A DNA stretch of 38,848 bases, taken from positions 611,061 through 649,908 of the forward strand of contig KV454017.1 in NCBI GenBank assembly GCA_001661245.1, written 5' to 3'. A program made the translations under genes and the position numbers. This document shows, in pieces, positions 10,904-22,479 of this stretch. The DNA is from Pachysolen tannophilus NRRL Y-2460. Its lineage: Eukaryota. A model generated the notes under the pieces. It saw nothing but the letters and a program-made list of their open reading frames with translations. It had not been told where the DNA came from and did no database searches. Within the stretch, counting starts at the first letter, position 1, and the number at the start of each line of letters is the position of its first letter.

Positions 10904-10983
10904 AAAAATTTTTTTATGCATTTTTTTAAAAACTTTTCAGTTTCAAAAAGCACTACCAATTTTTATCCATATTAAAAATTTTC
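10904..10983. promoter_or_regulatory. Two RRPE-like AAAAATTTT elements in the SAS10/RPC53 divergent promoter
   Basis: AAAAATTTT at 10904-10912 and 10974-10982, between two ribosome-biogenesis-type genes. The AT-rich background lowers significance. Confidence 0.35.
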
Positions 10984-11055
10984 GTTAAAACATAATTTTA
11001 ATATTGTAAAGTTGGAATGAATTGAAAAGAGAAAGTGAAAAGAGAAAGCAATAAT

Positions 11056-12444
11056 ATGTCGACTCCAACACGTAGATTGGATTCTTTGAAGACGAAGAAA
11101 TCTGGTGCTAGTCCATCATCTTCCACTCCACCGGCAGCTTCGTCTTCTTCTTCTTCTTCACAGGTACTGCAATCAGCGGTTCCAAAATCAGGTTCAAATG
11201 CAGGACCTTCATCTAAGCCTAAGACAAGTTTGAAGTTTAAACCGAAAGCTGTGGCTAGAAGATCAAAGGAAGTTAGAGATGCTGAGGCTCCATTAGTTAT
11301 TGAGAAATCTGAACAGGATTTGCCTATTCGTGGAGGTAGGGGTTCAAGTTCAAGAGGTGGAGGTGAAGGCGGCAGTGGTGGCAGAGGCAATGGCGGTGGT
11401 GGCCGTGGCGGCGGCCGCTTAAGAGATCGTGGAGGGTATTTGGGAAATACACATATGGTTACCGCGGGTCCATTAAGTTCTGGTGTTGTTAGCATTGATG
11501 ATAAGAAATTAAACAGGTTTTCAAGTGGTAAAAGTCTGCTGCTATCATCTGCTTTTTCTCCATCGCCTACACCTGCTTCTGCAACTCCTGATTTCTTAAA
11601 AAATTTAAGAACTAAACATGAGTTAGATAGAAAATCAAGGTCTTCTAGTGTAGATGTGGGTTCACGTACAATGTCAGAAGATGAAGAAGAATCAGAATTT
11701 GTTGTTGATGATAATGCAATGACAAAAATCAACATGAATAAAGAGTATATACTTGATGAATCACAAACTGAATTTTTCCCAGTTAGATCACAAAGAGATG
11801 AAAATTTAACAAATGAATACGATTCAGTAATCTTGAATCAGCATGATATACAAGAAGGAAATTCTTTAGTAAAGAATGAAACAACAAATGAAACAAAAAT
11901 ACTTCATGGTAGTAATGGTGAAAAAGACTATATTACTCCTGATTTGAAAAATGATGCAATGGGTTCATATCAGTTGGGAGAAGAAAAATCAAGATTGCTG
12001 AATGATCATAGAAAGATTCTGGAACTTATTAAAAACAATAAAGACCTGGACGGAGATTTAGACATGTCTGGAAATGACGATAATCAAGAATTTTTATTTT
12101 TCCAGTTACCTAAATTATTACCAGATTTTAAAAAAGTTAATGGTGATGATGTTGAAGAAGGAAATGATCAAAATTTGAGTGGAAAAATAGGAAACCTTCG
12201 TTTCCACAAATCAGGTAAACTTACAATCAAGTTGGGAAATATTGTATTTGATGTTACTAGAGGTGGTAGTAGTAATTTTTTACAAGACATAGTACAAATA
12301 GAATATAAGAAGAAAGAACAAGATGATAATAATACCATGGAAAATGATGCTGATCAGGAAGATCATCAGGAAACACAGATTTATCATTTGGGACATTTAT
12401 TTGAAAATCTTGTCGTCACCCCTACTGTTAATCAAAACTATTAG
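11056..12444 (+). CDS. RPC53: RNA polymerase III subunit C53 (RPC4), 462 aa
   Basis: N-terminal RLDSL..LKFKPKAVARRSKE; C-terminal FFQLP..LP and GKIGNLRFHKSGKLTIKLGNIVFDV. First ATG at 11056. Confidence 0.93.
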   Translation: MSTPTRRLDSLKTKKSGASPSSSTPPAASSSSSSSQVLQSAVPKSGSNAGPSSKPKTSLKFKPKAVARRSKEVRDAEAPLVIEKSEQDLPIRGGRGSSSRGGGEGGSGGRGNGGGGRGGGRLRDRGGYLGNTHMVTAGPLSSGVVSIDDKKLNRFSSGKSLLLSSAFSPSPTPASATPDFLKNLRTKHELDRKSRSSSVDVGSRTMSEDEEESEFVVDDNAMTKINMNKEYILDESQTEFFPVRSQRDENLTNEYDSVILNQHDIQEGNSLVKNETTNETKILHGSNGEKDYITPDLKNDAMGSYQLGEEKSRLLNDHRKILELIKNNKDLDGDLDMSGNDDNQEFLFFQLPKLLPDFKKVNGDDVEEGNDQNLSGKIGNLRFHKSGKLTIKLGNIVFDVTRGGSSNFLQDIVQIEYKKKEQDDNNTMENDADQEDHQETQIYHLGHLFENLVVTPTVNQNY

Positions 12445-12516
12445 GTTGCATTTGTTTTTTTTGTTTGTTTGTATATTAGACCTATAAAATGTAATTTATC
12501 CACCATTGTCAAATAA

Positions 12517-13776
12517 CTATACTTTTAATCTTTTTGATTCTTGTTCATCTTCAGTATCTTTTGTAGCTTCAGAGAGATCAATTGCCGTTGAGCTATGTTC
12601 TTTACTAGCAGCAGAGTTAACGCTTAAAGAGTTATCACCTGGAGTTTCCGCATCAGCATCTTCTCTCTTTCTCTTGAAGGTTTTTGCAGGATTTATACAA
12701 AAATGAACTTTTTTACCAATCAATTTTGCTTCGTCAATGGAAGGTTCTCTTGAGTTTTTATCAATAATAGTATTTTCACAATTTTCAATTACTTCTAACA
12801 ATTTTTGATAATTTTTTCGATATTCATCTTCACTATCATTTTCATCGCCATCTTCTGCCTCTTTTTCATCATTTTCATTTTCCTTTTCCTTTTTAACTGT
12901 CACGCTCCCACTATCTGATACAGAAGCAGAATCTTCTTTTTCTTCTTTTATTGATACTAATCCATTCTTTATTTTCGATTTTCTTTCTTTCAAAAATTTT
13001 TTCTTTAAATACCGGTCAATTAACTCTTTATCAGCTTTCCTCCACAGTGCCAATGAAATTTGAGGTGGTGTAAATAAGAAAATTGCATCTGACATTATTG
13101 CTTCATTAACAACTCCTCTTGCCTTATCATAACTCTTACCAATGACATTTTTATCAACACGAGGCATAACATCTTGAAGATCCAAGTAGAACCCATATAA
13201 AGACCTGAAGGGATGACGAACCATTAATGTAAAATGCAAACTTTTTATTATTTGATATTCATATTTCAATATTGACTCTGGAGTTGTATTATTTATTTTT
13301 TTAGAAAAAGTATTAATTGAAATGAAATAATTTTCAACCTTGGCAGCAAGAAAAAGACAAGTAAGCATAATGTTCTTTGGGTGATATTCCATCACTGAAT
13401 TAACTAAATAAAATTTTTTTAAAAAAGATATAGCAGTTCCTCTAACTTGAGAAGGCATTTTAAACATATTAGCTAACCCAACAGCTTTCCTAGCAAAAAA
13501 ATTTATAAGTAACAATTCTTCCTCAATTGTAAGCGTCTCAACATCAACTGACTCAAACATCAAAGTATGCGGATTCTTAACTTTACTGGCTTTTGCCAAA
13601 GTAATCTGACAACCTCTTTTATTTGTCTCTATACGTTTTGCAAGTAATTCATCTTTTGTAAAAGACCATATTCTGTATTGCGATGATGTACGGTATAAAT
13701 CATCAAAAGTTACACCTTTAGATGGTTTTTCATTACCAGTTCCTTCCACAACACCATTCAAAGCTGAAGCAGCCAT
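12517..13776 (-). CDS. CCL1: Cyclin H, TFIIK subunit
   Basis: DDLYRTSSQYRIWSFT, FYLVNSVMEYHPKNIMLTCLFLAAKVEN, FTPPQISLA. Confidence 0.94.
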   Translation of the reverse strand: MAASALNGVVEGTGNEKPSKGVTFDDLYRTSSQYRIWSFTKDELLAKRIETNKRGCQITLAKASKVKNPHTLMFESVDVETLTIEEELLLINFFARKAVGLANMFKMPSQVRGTAISFLKKFYLVNSVMEYHPKNIMLTCLFLAAKVENYFISINTFSKKINNTTPESILKYEYQIIKSLHFTLMVRHPFRSLYGFYLDLQDVMPRVDKNVIGKSYDKARGVVNEAIMSDAIFLFTPPQISLALWRKADKELIDRYLKKKFLKERKSKIKNGLVSIKEEKEDSASVSDSGSVTVKKEKENENDEKEAEDGDENDSEDEYRKNYQKLLEVIENCENTIIDKNSREPSIDEAKLIGKKVHFCINPAKTFKRKREDADAETPGDNSLSVNSAASKEHSSTAIDLSEATKDTEDEQESKRLKV

Positions 13777-14389
13777 TCTTATAATGGTAGCAAATAATTG
13801 TTCAATCTAAACTTCCAATTACTCAGAAATCCATCTAGTGGTTATTATTAAAAGATAGCTAGCTAACTATCTATCTATTCACCTCCTGCACTGAAGGATT
13901 TATAGTTTATAGCTTTTACAACTATACAACAAATCCTAATTCCCACTACACGACCAAACCTCCATTTTCATGGACATCAAAACTACAAGAGACGAGATCT
14001 AATTGACAATGATCTAGATATAGATATAGATATATAGATATATCTATCGGCTATATATCTACAGGGTAGTTTATGATTTTTAAAAAATGCTTTCAAAAAA
14101 CATATGTTCATTCATTAGCGCTTGAAAATAAAACAATAGTTGTAATAAAAAAGAGATAGAAGACAATAAAACGCAAACGTTATTATAGCTCCTTTCTAAA
14201 AATCAAAAATCAAAAATTGTCAAGTGAATATAATAATTATAGTAATAATAATAAAAAAAAAAAAAGTTTAAAAAAATTGCTCTATTTTCTCTTTATGGTC
14301 GTCATTTCAGTTTCATTTTCTTCCATTTTTTTTTATACTTTTTTTAAAGGTGTTTATTTGCAATTTTAATAATTTTTCTGTACTTTTAT

Positions 14390-16726
14390 TTAGAAAGTGG
14401 CAGTAAAAGATTCAGCAGCTGATTTCAATTTAGCCAATAATTCATCAGTAAGTACACCACGTTCTCTAACGGCTTCCAAAACTTCAGGTTGGTTAGATTT
14501 TAAGTATGCTAAGAAAGAACTTTCAAATTCGGCAATTCTTGCTAATGGAACGTTATCCAAGAAACCGTTAACACCTGCGTAAATGATTGGAACTTGTTCT
14601 TCAGCAGCTAAAGGAGAATATTGACTTTGTTTTAACAATTGGGTCAATCTTTCACCTCTAGCTAAAGTTTGCTTTGTTGAAGCATCCAAATCTGAACCGA
14701 ATTGAGCAAAAGCAGCAACTTCTCTATATTGAGCCAAGAAAAGTTTTAAAGAACCAGAAACTTGTTTCATGGCCTTAACTTGAGCAGCAGAACCAACACG
14801 AGAAACTGATAAACCAACGTTAATAGCTGGTCTAATACCTTTGTAGAATAATTCAGATTCCAAGAAAATTTGACCATCAGTGATGGAAATAACATTGGTT
14901 GGAATATAAGCAGAAACATCACCACCTTGAGTTTCAATAATTGGTAAAGCAGTTAAAGAACCACCACCTAATTTATCATTCATCTTAGCAGCTCTTTCTA
15001 ACAAACGTGAATGCAAGTAAAAGACATCACCTGGGTAAGCTTCACGACCTGGTGGACGTCTCAATAACAATGACAATTGACGGTATGCAACAGCTTGTTT
15101 GGATAAATCGTCATAGACAATTAAAGCGTGTCTTCCATTGTCTCTGAACCATTCACCAATAGCACAAGCAGTGAATGGAGCAATATATTGTAATGGAGCA
15201 GCTTCTGAAGCAGTAGCAGCAACAATGATGGAGTATTTAAGAGCATCGTGTTGTTCTAAAGTTTGAACTAATTGAGCAACAGTGGAACGTTTTTGACCAA
15301 CAGCAACGTAAACACAGTATAACTTCTTCTTTTCATCTGAACCATTGTTCCATCTCTTTTGGTTTAAGATGGTATCTAAAGCAACAGCAGTCTTACCGGT
15401 TTGACGATCACCAATAATCAATTCTCTTTGACCTCTACCAACTGGGACCAAAGCATCAACTGATTTCAAACCAGTTTGCATTGGTTCAGAGACAGATTGT
15501 CTTGGTAAAATACCTGGAGCCTTAACTTGAGCTCTTGTATGACCTGAAGCCTTAATTGGACCTTTACCATCAATTGGGTTACCTAAAGCATCAACAACTC
15601 TTCCTAATAAAGCTGGACCAACTGGAACATCAACAATCTTACCAGTACGCTTAACAATTTCACCTTCTTTGACTAATCTATCTGAACCAAACAAGACAAT
15701 ACCAACTTGACCTGGTTCCAAGTTTAAAGCCATACCTTTAACACCTGAAGCAAATTCAACCAATTCTTCAGCTTGACAGTTGTTTAAACCGAAAACACGA
15801 GCAATACCATCACTAGAGAGATAAAAAAAATTCAATTGTTAGTAATTTGCAAGAGAAAAACAGACAACATACAGTAATAATGATTTAATCAGTCAATCAG
15901 TCAATCGCTCTATCAATCAGTACATTATCTCAACTTCTAGTACAATACTATTTTGTACTGAAATCTCCAATTAATCTGGTTATGAGAAATGAACACTTTT
16001 AATTGGACACCCGCGAATTTTTTCATTTTTTTTTTTTCATTTTTTCAAAATTTTTTTTTTTGATATTTTTTTCCACGAACAAATCACTGCCTGAGTTGAA
16101 TGAAAGTGTGCCAGCTAATAATATTGTGTACTAAACGACAAGCTCATTTCCAGATAGGAAACAACCTTACCGTTTGTAAAAGCACAATTGACATTCATTG
16201 GCTGATTGATTGAATCTCAATTGATGATTGAGAAGAAGCATATAAAAAAAAAGAAAAAAGATACATACCCGACGGATAAAACTCTACCTGTTTCGTTTAA
16301 ATTAGCTTCATCAGAGACACCTCTAATTTTTTCTTCCAAGATAGATGAAACTTCAGTTGGCGCTGGTTTAGCAGAAGCGTATGATCTAACTGAAGCAGCC
16401 ATTAATGGACGAGCCTATTTAAAATAATTATAATTATAATTGTAAATTGTTAGTAAATCTTCAAATTATATGAATAATCAACAAAAATATAAGCGCCCAT
16501 GACAATTAACTGTTTAATCAATTGATTGATCAATCAATTGATTAAACATTCAATTGTCATGATGAATTGGCTCATAATAAAATAATATAAAATATTTTAA
16601 TTGATTAATTAAAATCAAATTTAAAAAATTTAAATTAAAACTTACAACTCTTGGAATTAAACGAGCAACATTAACAGCAATAGCTGAACGAGCAGTAGCT
16701 CTAGCAAATGAACGTGCTGAAAGCAT
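14390..16726 (-). CDS. ATP1: Mitochondrial F1 ATP synthase alpha subunit; exons 16726-16646, 16414-16269, 15812-14390; 549 aa
   Basis: [34 protein letters not shown]. Presequence [14 protein letters not shown]; splicing restores [15 protein letters not shown]. Exons sum to 1650 nt. Confidence 0.97.
15813..16268 (-). other. ATP1 intron 2 (456 nt)
   Basis: GTATGT donor at 16268, TACTAAC 15844-15838, CTAG acceptor. Confidence 0.95.
16415..16645 (-). other. ATP1 intron 1 (231 nt)
   Basis: GTAAGT donor at 16645, TACTAAC 16455-16449, TAG acceptor. Confidence 0.93.
16511..16548. repeat. Perfect 38-bp palindrome in ATP1 intron 1
   Basis: TGTTTAATCAATTGATTGA|TCAATCAATTGATTAAACA is its own reverse complement; extended by CATGACAATT (16498-16507) and AATTGTCATG (16552-16561). 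Confidence 0.95.
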
Positions 16727-16974
16727 CTTTATTCTATATTATACTATCACTAAAATTAATACACGAATATTATATATTCAATTTTTCTTTCTTGAATATA
16801 AAATAAAAGGTATAGTATATAATTGATGATGATAATTTTTTTTTTCTATTTAAAATAAATAGTATTAAGAGAAATAAATTCCTTAACCAAAAAAAAAAAA
16901 AAAATTAACAAAGATTTCCTTGACCAAAATTTTTCAGAAATTATCATTGAGGAAAAAAGTTGAATTTTGGTTGG

Positions 16975-16979
16975 CCAAT
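16975..16979. promoter_or_regulatory. CCAAT box (possible Hap2/3/4/5 site) about 250 bp upstream of ATP1
   Basis: TTGGCCAATG in the promoter of a respiratory gene; the motif is short. Confidence 0.35.
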
Positions 16980-18241
16980 GAATACTTAGAGTGTTCAAAA
17001 GGTTAGGCGGCACTTGTGTGGCACTTAATTGTTTATATGCGTGTAGGGGGAAAAAAAAAATCTAAAAGTAACGAAAAGTAATTGTTGTTGTGGCCTGTAA
17101 GACAAAAAAAAAAAAAAAAAAAAAAGAGCCGGCCGGTCCCTCGGATATTTCGCTCGCAATTTGTAAAGACAGGGTAAACCAAAAAGTACAAAACATACCC
17201 AAAAAAAATATTAACAGCGCATCGCGTATTTGACGCAGACTTAACTGTAGCGCATTACGTTTCCTAATACCATATCACTAAACAGTAACCAGCAGTAGAG
17301 TAGACAGACTACTACTCTATACTGCTGTTAATGTTTGTTTTATAGTCGTTTTTGTTTTGATCCTAGCTGAACGACTAACAACTTTCTATATATATCAATT
17401 TTTGACTTGACGGTGGTGAACTTTAGCAAGATTCAAGTCTATAGATTACTGGGTTATTGTTTCGTCGTTATTTTTTTTTTTTTTGTTTTCGGGATCAGAT
17501 TTTAAACCAAGTAGATTGATTATTTAAAAAGTAGTAGATCAAGTAAAACTTTTTAAAAATTCAATTTGTATATATGTATGTATAGAATGGGTTACCCATA
17601 GAAAAACTTTAATTGTAATCAATTGCATCGCAATTAAAGTAAATTTTTTTGGTTACTAAGAGCCTTTCAATCATATAAACTCGGATCTCTGTTCAGTTCA
17701 GTTCTGTTCAATAATCGACCAAATAATATGTAAGTTCTCTAAGTATTAGCTCTTCAAGTATCTACTATACATACATGCATGCATTTTTAGCAAGAATCTT
17801 ATTCTGAAATAGAGTAAGTAGTGCAGCACAAACCATAAAAGTCAGAAAAGGAAAAATTATTTTTTTCATTCTTTGTTTCCTTAAAAAAAAAAAAATTGGC
17901 AGAAACAAAAACAAAGAGAAAAAAAAAAACATTAGAGATTTCACGTGTCGACAAGTGTTTTCAATTTCACAGCGAAAAATAACAACAGGTTAAGTAAAGC
18001 TCAAGGAAAACTTGGTAACAAATATATATATTATATTATATAAATATATATGTGTACTATAAGAACGTTGAAGCTTATTTATTTGGATACAAGAGAATAA
18101 AGAAGTGTGAGACAAGTATCATTGTTCTATCAATTGATAAAATTTATTTGATCCAAGAATATTTAGGATTCTAAAACTATTCTTGATCTTTTGATAGTAT
18201 ATTGTTATTTTCTCTAGTCAATTTTTTATATTGATTCAAAA

Positions 18242-21200
18242 ATGAAATTATTGACAAAAGTATGTTTTGCCAACGGCGCTTATTTTAAAAAAACAAATTA
18301 TTTAAACAATTGATTACTAACATATCTTAAACAGTTTGAATCCAAATCTTCAAAGGCAAAGGGTGTTGCTTTTCATCCGAAAAGGTTAGTATTTTTTAAT
18401 TTTTTTTTTTTTTATATGATCTAGTCACATATATAAACGTTTATCGTTTATATAATTAAGTTGGTTAATTTACGTTTTACTAACAAAAAAAAAAATTTTT
18501 TTTTTCTATTAAGGCCATGGATATTGGTTACTTTGTACTCTTCAACCATTCAGTTATGGGATTACAGGATGGGGACATTGATTGATCGTTTTGAAGAACA
18601 TGATGGACCTGTTAGAGGTATTGATTTCCATCCAACTCAACCAATTTTTGTTTCTGGTGGTGATGATTATACCATTAAAGTTTGGTCGTTACAAACAAGA
18701 AAATGTATGTTCACATTAACTGGACATTTGGATTATATTAGAACTGTTTTCTTTCATCATGATTTACCTTGGATTATATCTTGTTCTGATGATCAAACAA
18801 TAAGAATTTGGAATTGGCAAAATCGTCAAGAAATTGCATGTCTTACTGGTCATAATCATTACGTGTTTTGTGCAAAATTCCATCCAACTGAAGACTTGAT
18901 AGTTTCAGCTTCATTGGATCAAACAGTAAGAGTTTGGGATATCTCAGGTTTGAGAAAGAAACATTCTGCTCCACAAGGTAGAATTAGATCTTTTGAAGAT
19001 CAACTTTCAAGATCAAATATTCCACAACAAGATATTTTTGGTAATACTGATGCTGTTGTAAAATATGTTTTAGAAGGCCATGATAAGGGAGTCAATTGGG
19101 CAAGTTTCCATCCAAGATTACCTTTGATTGTATCAAGTGGTGATGACCGTTTGATCAAATTATGGAGAATGAGTGATACTAAAGCTTGGGAAGTGGATAC
19201 ATGTAGAGGTCACACAAGTAATGTTCTTGCAGTAGAATTTCATCCACATGAAGATTTAATTATCTCGGTTGGTGAAGATAAAACAATTAGAACTTGGGAT
19301 TTGAATAAGCGTACCCTGGTTAAACAATTCAAGCGTGAAAATGATCGTTTTTGGACAATAGCTGCTCACCCAACTATGAATTTGTTTGCTGCATGTCATG
19401 ATTCAGGTGTTATGGTTTTCAAATTAGACAGAGAAAGACCAGCACATGCTGTTTTCCAAAATAAATTAATCTTTGTTAATAATGAAAAACAAGTTCAAAT
19501 GTTTGATTATGATACTGAAAGAGAAACTTTACCAATGTTATCTTTGAAAAAAATTGGAAAACCTTGGACAAGTATTAGAACCTTGTCTTATAATCCAGCA
19601 GAACGTTCCATTTTGGTTTCTGTTGGTGATAATAATGATAATTCAATTTATTGTTTAACTCCATTGCCAAAAGATGTAACAGGTGCTATTGAACCAAGTG
19701 ACTTGCGTCAAGGAGAAGCTAATTTTGCTTGTTTTATTGCTCGTAATAGATTTGTCAGCTACTCTAAGGCAACACAAATGTTAGAAGTTAGAGATTTGAA
19801 CAATTCAACAACAAAATCAATAAAATTAGATTCTTCTGTTAAAGACGTTGTATATGCTAGTCCTGGTACTGTTTTATTGTTAAAAACTTCAAGTGTTGTT
19901 CATTACGATGTTCAACAAAAAAAAGAATTATCAGAAATTCAGGTTAATAACGTTAAATACGTTTCCTGGTCCAGTGATGGTCAACATGTTGCTTTATTAT
20001 CAAAACATACCGTTACCATTGCTTCCAAGAAATTAGAATTGATTACCTCATTGCATGAGACAATTAGAATTAAAAGTGCTGCATGGGATGACACTGGTGT
20101 ATTAATTTATTCAACTTTGAATCACATCAAGTACACATTGTTAAATGGAGATAACGGTATCATAAAGACTTTAGAAAATACTTTATATATCACAAAAGTC
20201 CAAGGTAAGAGTTGTTACTGTTTAAACCGTAATGGTGAAGTTGAAATCATTAGAATAGATCCGACTGAATATCGTTTCAAAAAAGCTCTTGTTAACAAAA
20301 ATTTCACTGAAGTCTTACGTATTATCAAGAACTCCAACTTGGTTGGTCAAAATATTATTGGCTACTTGGAAAAGAAAGGTTATCCTGAAATTGCATTACA
20401 ATTTGTTGAGGATCCAGAAACTAGATTTGAATTGGCCTTAGAGTGCCATAATTTGGAAGTTGCTTTAGATGAAGCCAGAAAATTGGCTACTCCAACAACA
20501 TGGGGAAAATTAGGAAAAGAAGCTTTGACTCAAGGTAATGTCGAAATTGTAGAATTGGTTTACCAACAACAGAGATTATTTGATAAATTGTCCTTTTTAT
20601 ACCTTATTACTGGTAATATTGAAAAATTGACTAAAATGCAAGAAATTGCAGAACATCGTGGTGATTTATCTTCGGTTGTACAAAACTCTATTTATTTAAA
20701 TGATATTGAAAAAAGAATTGAAGTTTTCGTTCAAGCTGGAATGTTCCCATTTGCTTATATGACAGCGAAGACAAATGGTTTAGATGAATTAGCAGAAAAA
20801 ATTTTAGTTAATTCTAGTGTTTCAGCTAGTGATATAAAATTACCAGAGCTAGGAGAAAAGCCAAAATTACCTCAACCAGTATTGACAGCAGGTAATTGGC
20901 CATTAAAGAAGTCTTCATTATCATTCTTTGAACAAGCATTAATTGGCCAAGTTGAGAACTTGACATTAGAAGAACCATCCACGACTGAAGGTAAGGAGTT
21001 TGCTGATTCTGCAGCAGATGCATTTGGCTCTGAAACTTACTTTGAAGATGATGAAGCTTTGGAAGAGGATAACGGTTGGGATCTTGATGATGATGATCTT
21101 GATGTTGGTGATGCTGACAAGGATGAAGCCATAGATATAGCTGAAGAAGCTGGAGTTAATATTGGATCAAGTGAAATTGGGCATTGGATAAGAAATTCAC

Positions 21201-22078
21201 GTAGTGCTGCTGGTTTTGTTGCTGCTGGTTCATTTGAAACTGCAGCGCAATTATTGAACAAACAATTGGGTATTGTAAATTTCGAACCATTACGTTCACG
21301 TTTCTTAGAAGTCTACCAAGCATCCAAGTTGTATGTTCCAGCTACAGAAGGATTAGGACCAATCAAAGCATACATTCGTTCGGATGTAGAGGAAGAATCT
21401 GAAAAGAAATTCTTTCCTTTCATTCCAGGATATGACGGATTGGAAGCTAAATTGCATGAAGGTTTCAAACAGTTTCGTGCAAATAAATTAGAGGAGGCAA
21501 TAGAAAATTTCCGTGAAATTATATATACTGTCGCAATCATAGCTGTTCCATCGAAGGATGAAGAAGAAAAATGCAGAGAGATTTTGAATGTATGTCGTGA
21601 ATATATTCTTGGTCTTTCAATCGAATTGGCTCGTCGTGCTTTACCACAAGATGATATTAAGCGTAATTTAGAATTAGCTGCATATTTCACAAGGGCTAAA
21701 TTACAACCTGCTCACAGGGTGAATGCCTTACAAGTCGCCATGTCTCAATGTTTCAAACACAAAAACTTTAGATCAGCTTCATTTTTCGCTGCTGAATTTT
21801 TGAAAATAGTTTCATCGGGACCAAGACTGGAACAGGCAAATAAGATTAAGACAAGAGCTGATGCAGTTTCAACGGATGCAATTGAATTAGATTTTGATCC
21901 ATTTGCTGATTTTGACATTTGTGCATCAACTTACACCCCAATCTATAAAGGATCAGCTTTCGTAACAGAAGCTTTGTTAGGAACTAAATACCAACCAAGT
22001 GAAAAAGGTAAATTATGTGAAATTACAAAAATCACCAGCATCGGAGCTCCTGCTTCAGGTTTACGTATTATTCAATAG
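18242..22078 (+). CDS. COP1: Coatomer alpha subunit; exons 18242-18259, 18335-18384, 18514-22078; 1210 aa
   Basis: Splicing gives [28 protein letters not shown]; WD40 repeats; C-terminal IGAPASGLRI. Confidence 0.97.
18260..18334 (+). other. COP1 intron 1 (75 nt)
   Basis: GTATGT donor, TACTAAC 18315-18321, CAG acceptor. Confidence 0.95.
18385..18513 (+). other. COP1 intron 2 (129 nt, AAG acceptor)
   Basis: GTTAGT donor, TACTAAC 18478-18484, AAG acceptor; restores HPK-R-PW. Confidence 0.92.
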
Positions 22079-22479
22079 ACAATTTCCCAACCATAAAAGA
22101 AAAAAAAACAAAAAAAAAGAAGAAAAATACATAAAAAAAAAAAAAAAACTAACATCATAATAGTTTGAGTATTAGAAAAAAATGAAATCAGGTTTTTTTT
22201 TTTTTTTTTTAATTTACAAAAATACACGTTTGTCCGCTTTTGAGTTTTGTTAATACCTGGTACCTTAGTATTAGATATTTTTATCTTTATTTTCTATTCC
22301 ATTTTTTATCTTATTTTATTTTTTTTTTTTTTGTAGTCTCTTTTATCAAGTTTATTCATTTTTATTAACAATGTTTTGAAGTTATCGCTATATTCAAATG
22401 TAGAACTCGTCTAATAAAAAAAAAAAAAAAAAAAAGTAACAATACATATTAAGAAATATATCATAAAGATTTTTTTAAA

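Noticed and set aside
10998..11735. 245-aa antisense ORF overlapping RPC53
   Set aside because: Shadow of the Ser/Gly-rich RPC53 coding strand, with no recognisable domain. The same applies to the short antisense ORFs in CCT4, CDC123, SAS10, COP1, LDB17, the globin and the sensor.
13895..14061. Hairpins and TAGATA-type inverted repeats between CCL1 and ATP1
   Set aside because: Low-complexity self-complementary sequence; no snoRNA boxes, tRNA or transposon termini recognised.
16165..16202. Possible cassette exon in ATP1 intron 2 (CAG..GTAAGG on the minus strand)
   Set aside because: No upstream branch site, and inclusion would disrupt the invariant VGDG motif.
17941..17949. TCACGTGTC upstream of COP1 as a centromere CDEI
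   Set aside because: No CDEII/CDEIII arrangement, and point centromeres are not expected in this clade. More likely a bHLH or Hac1-type site, which cannot be resolved here.
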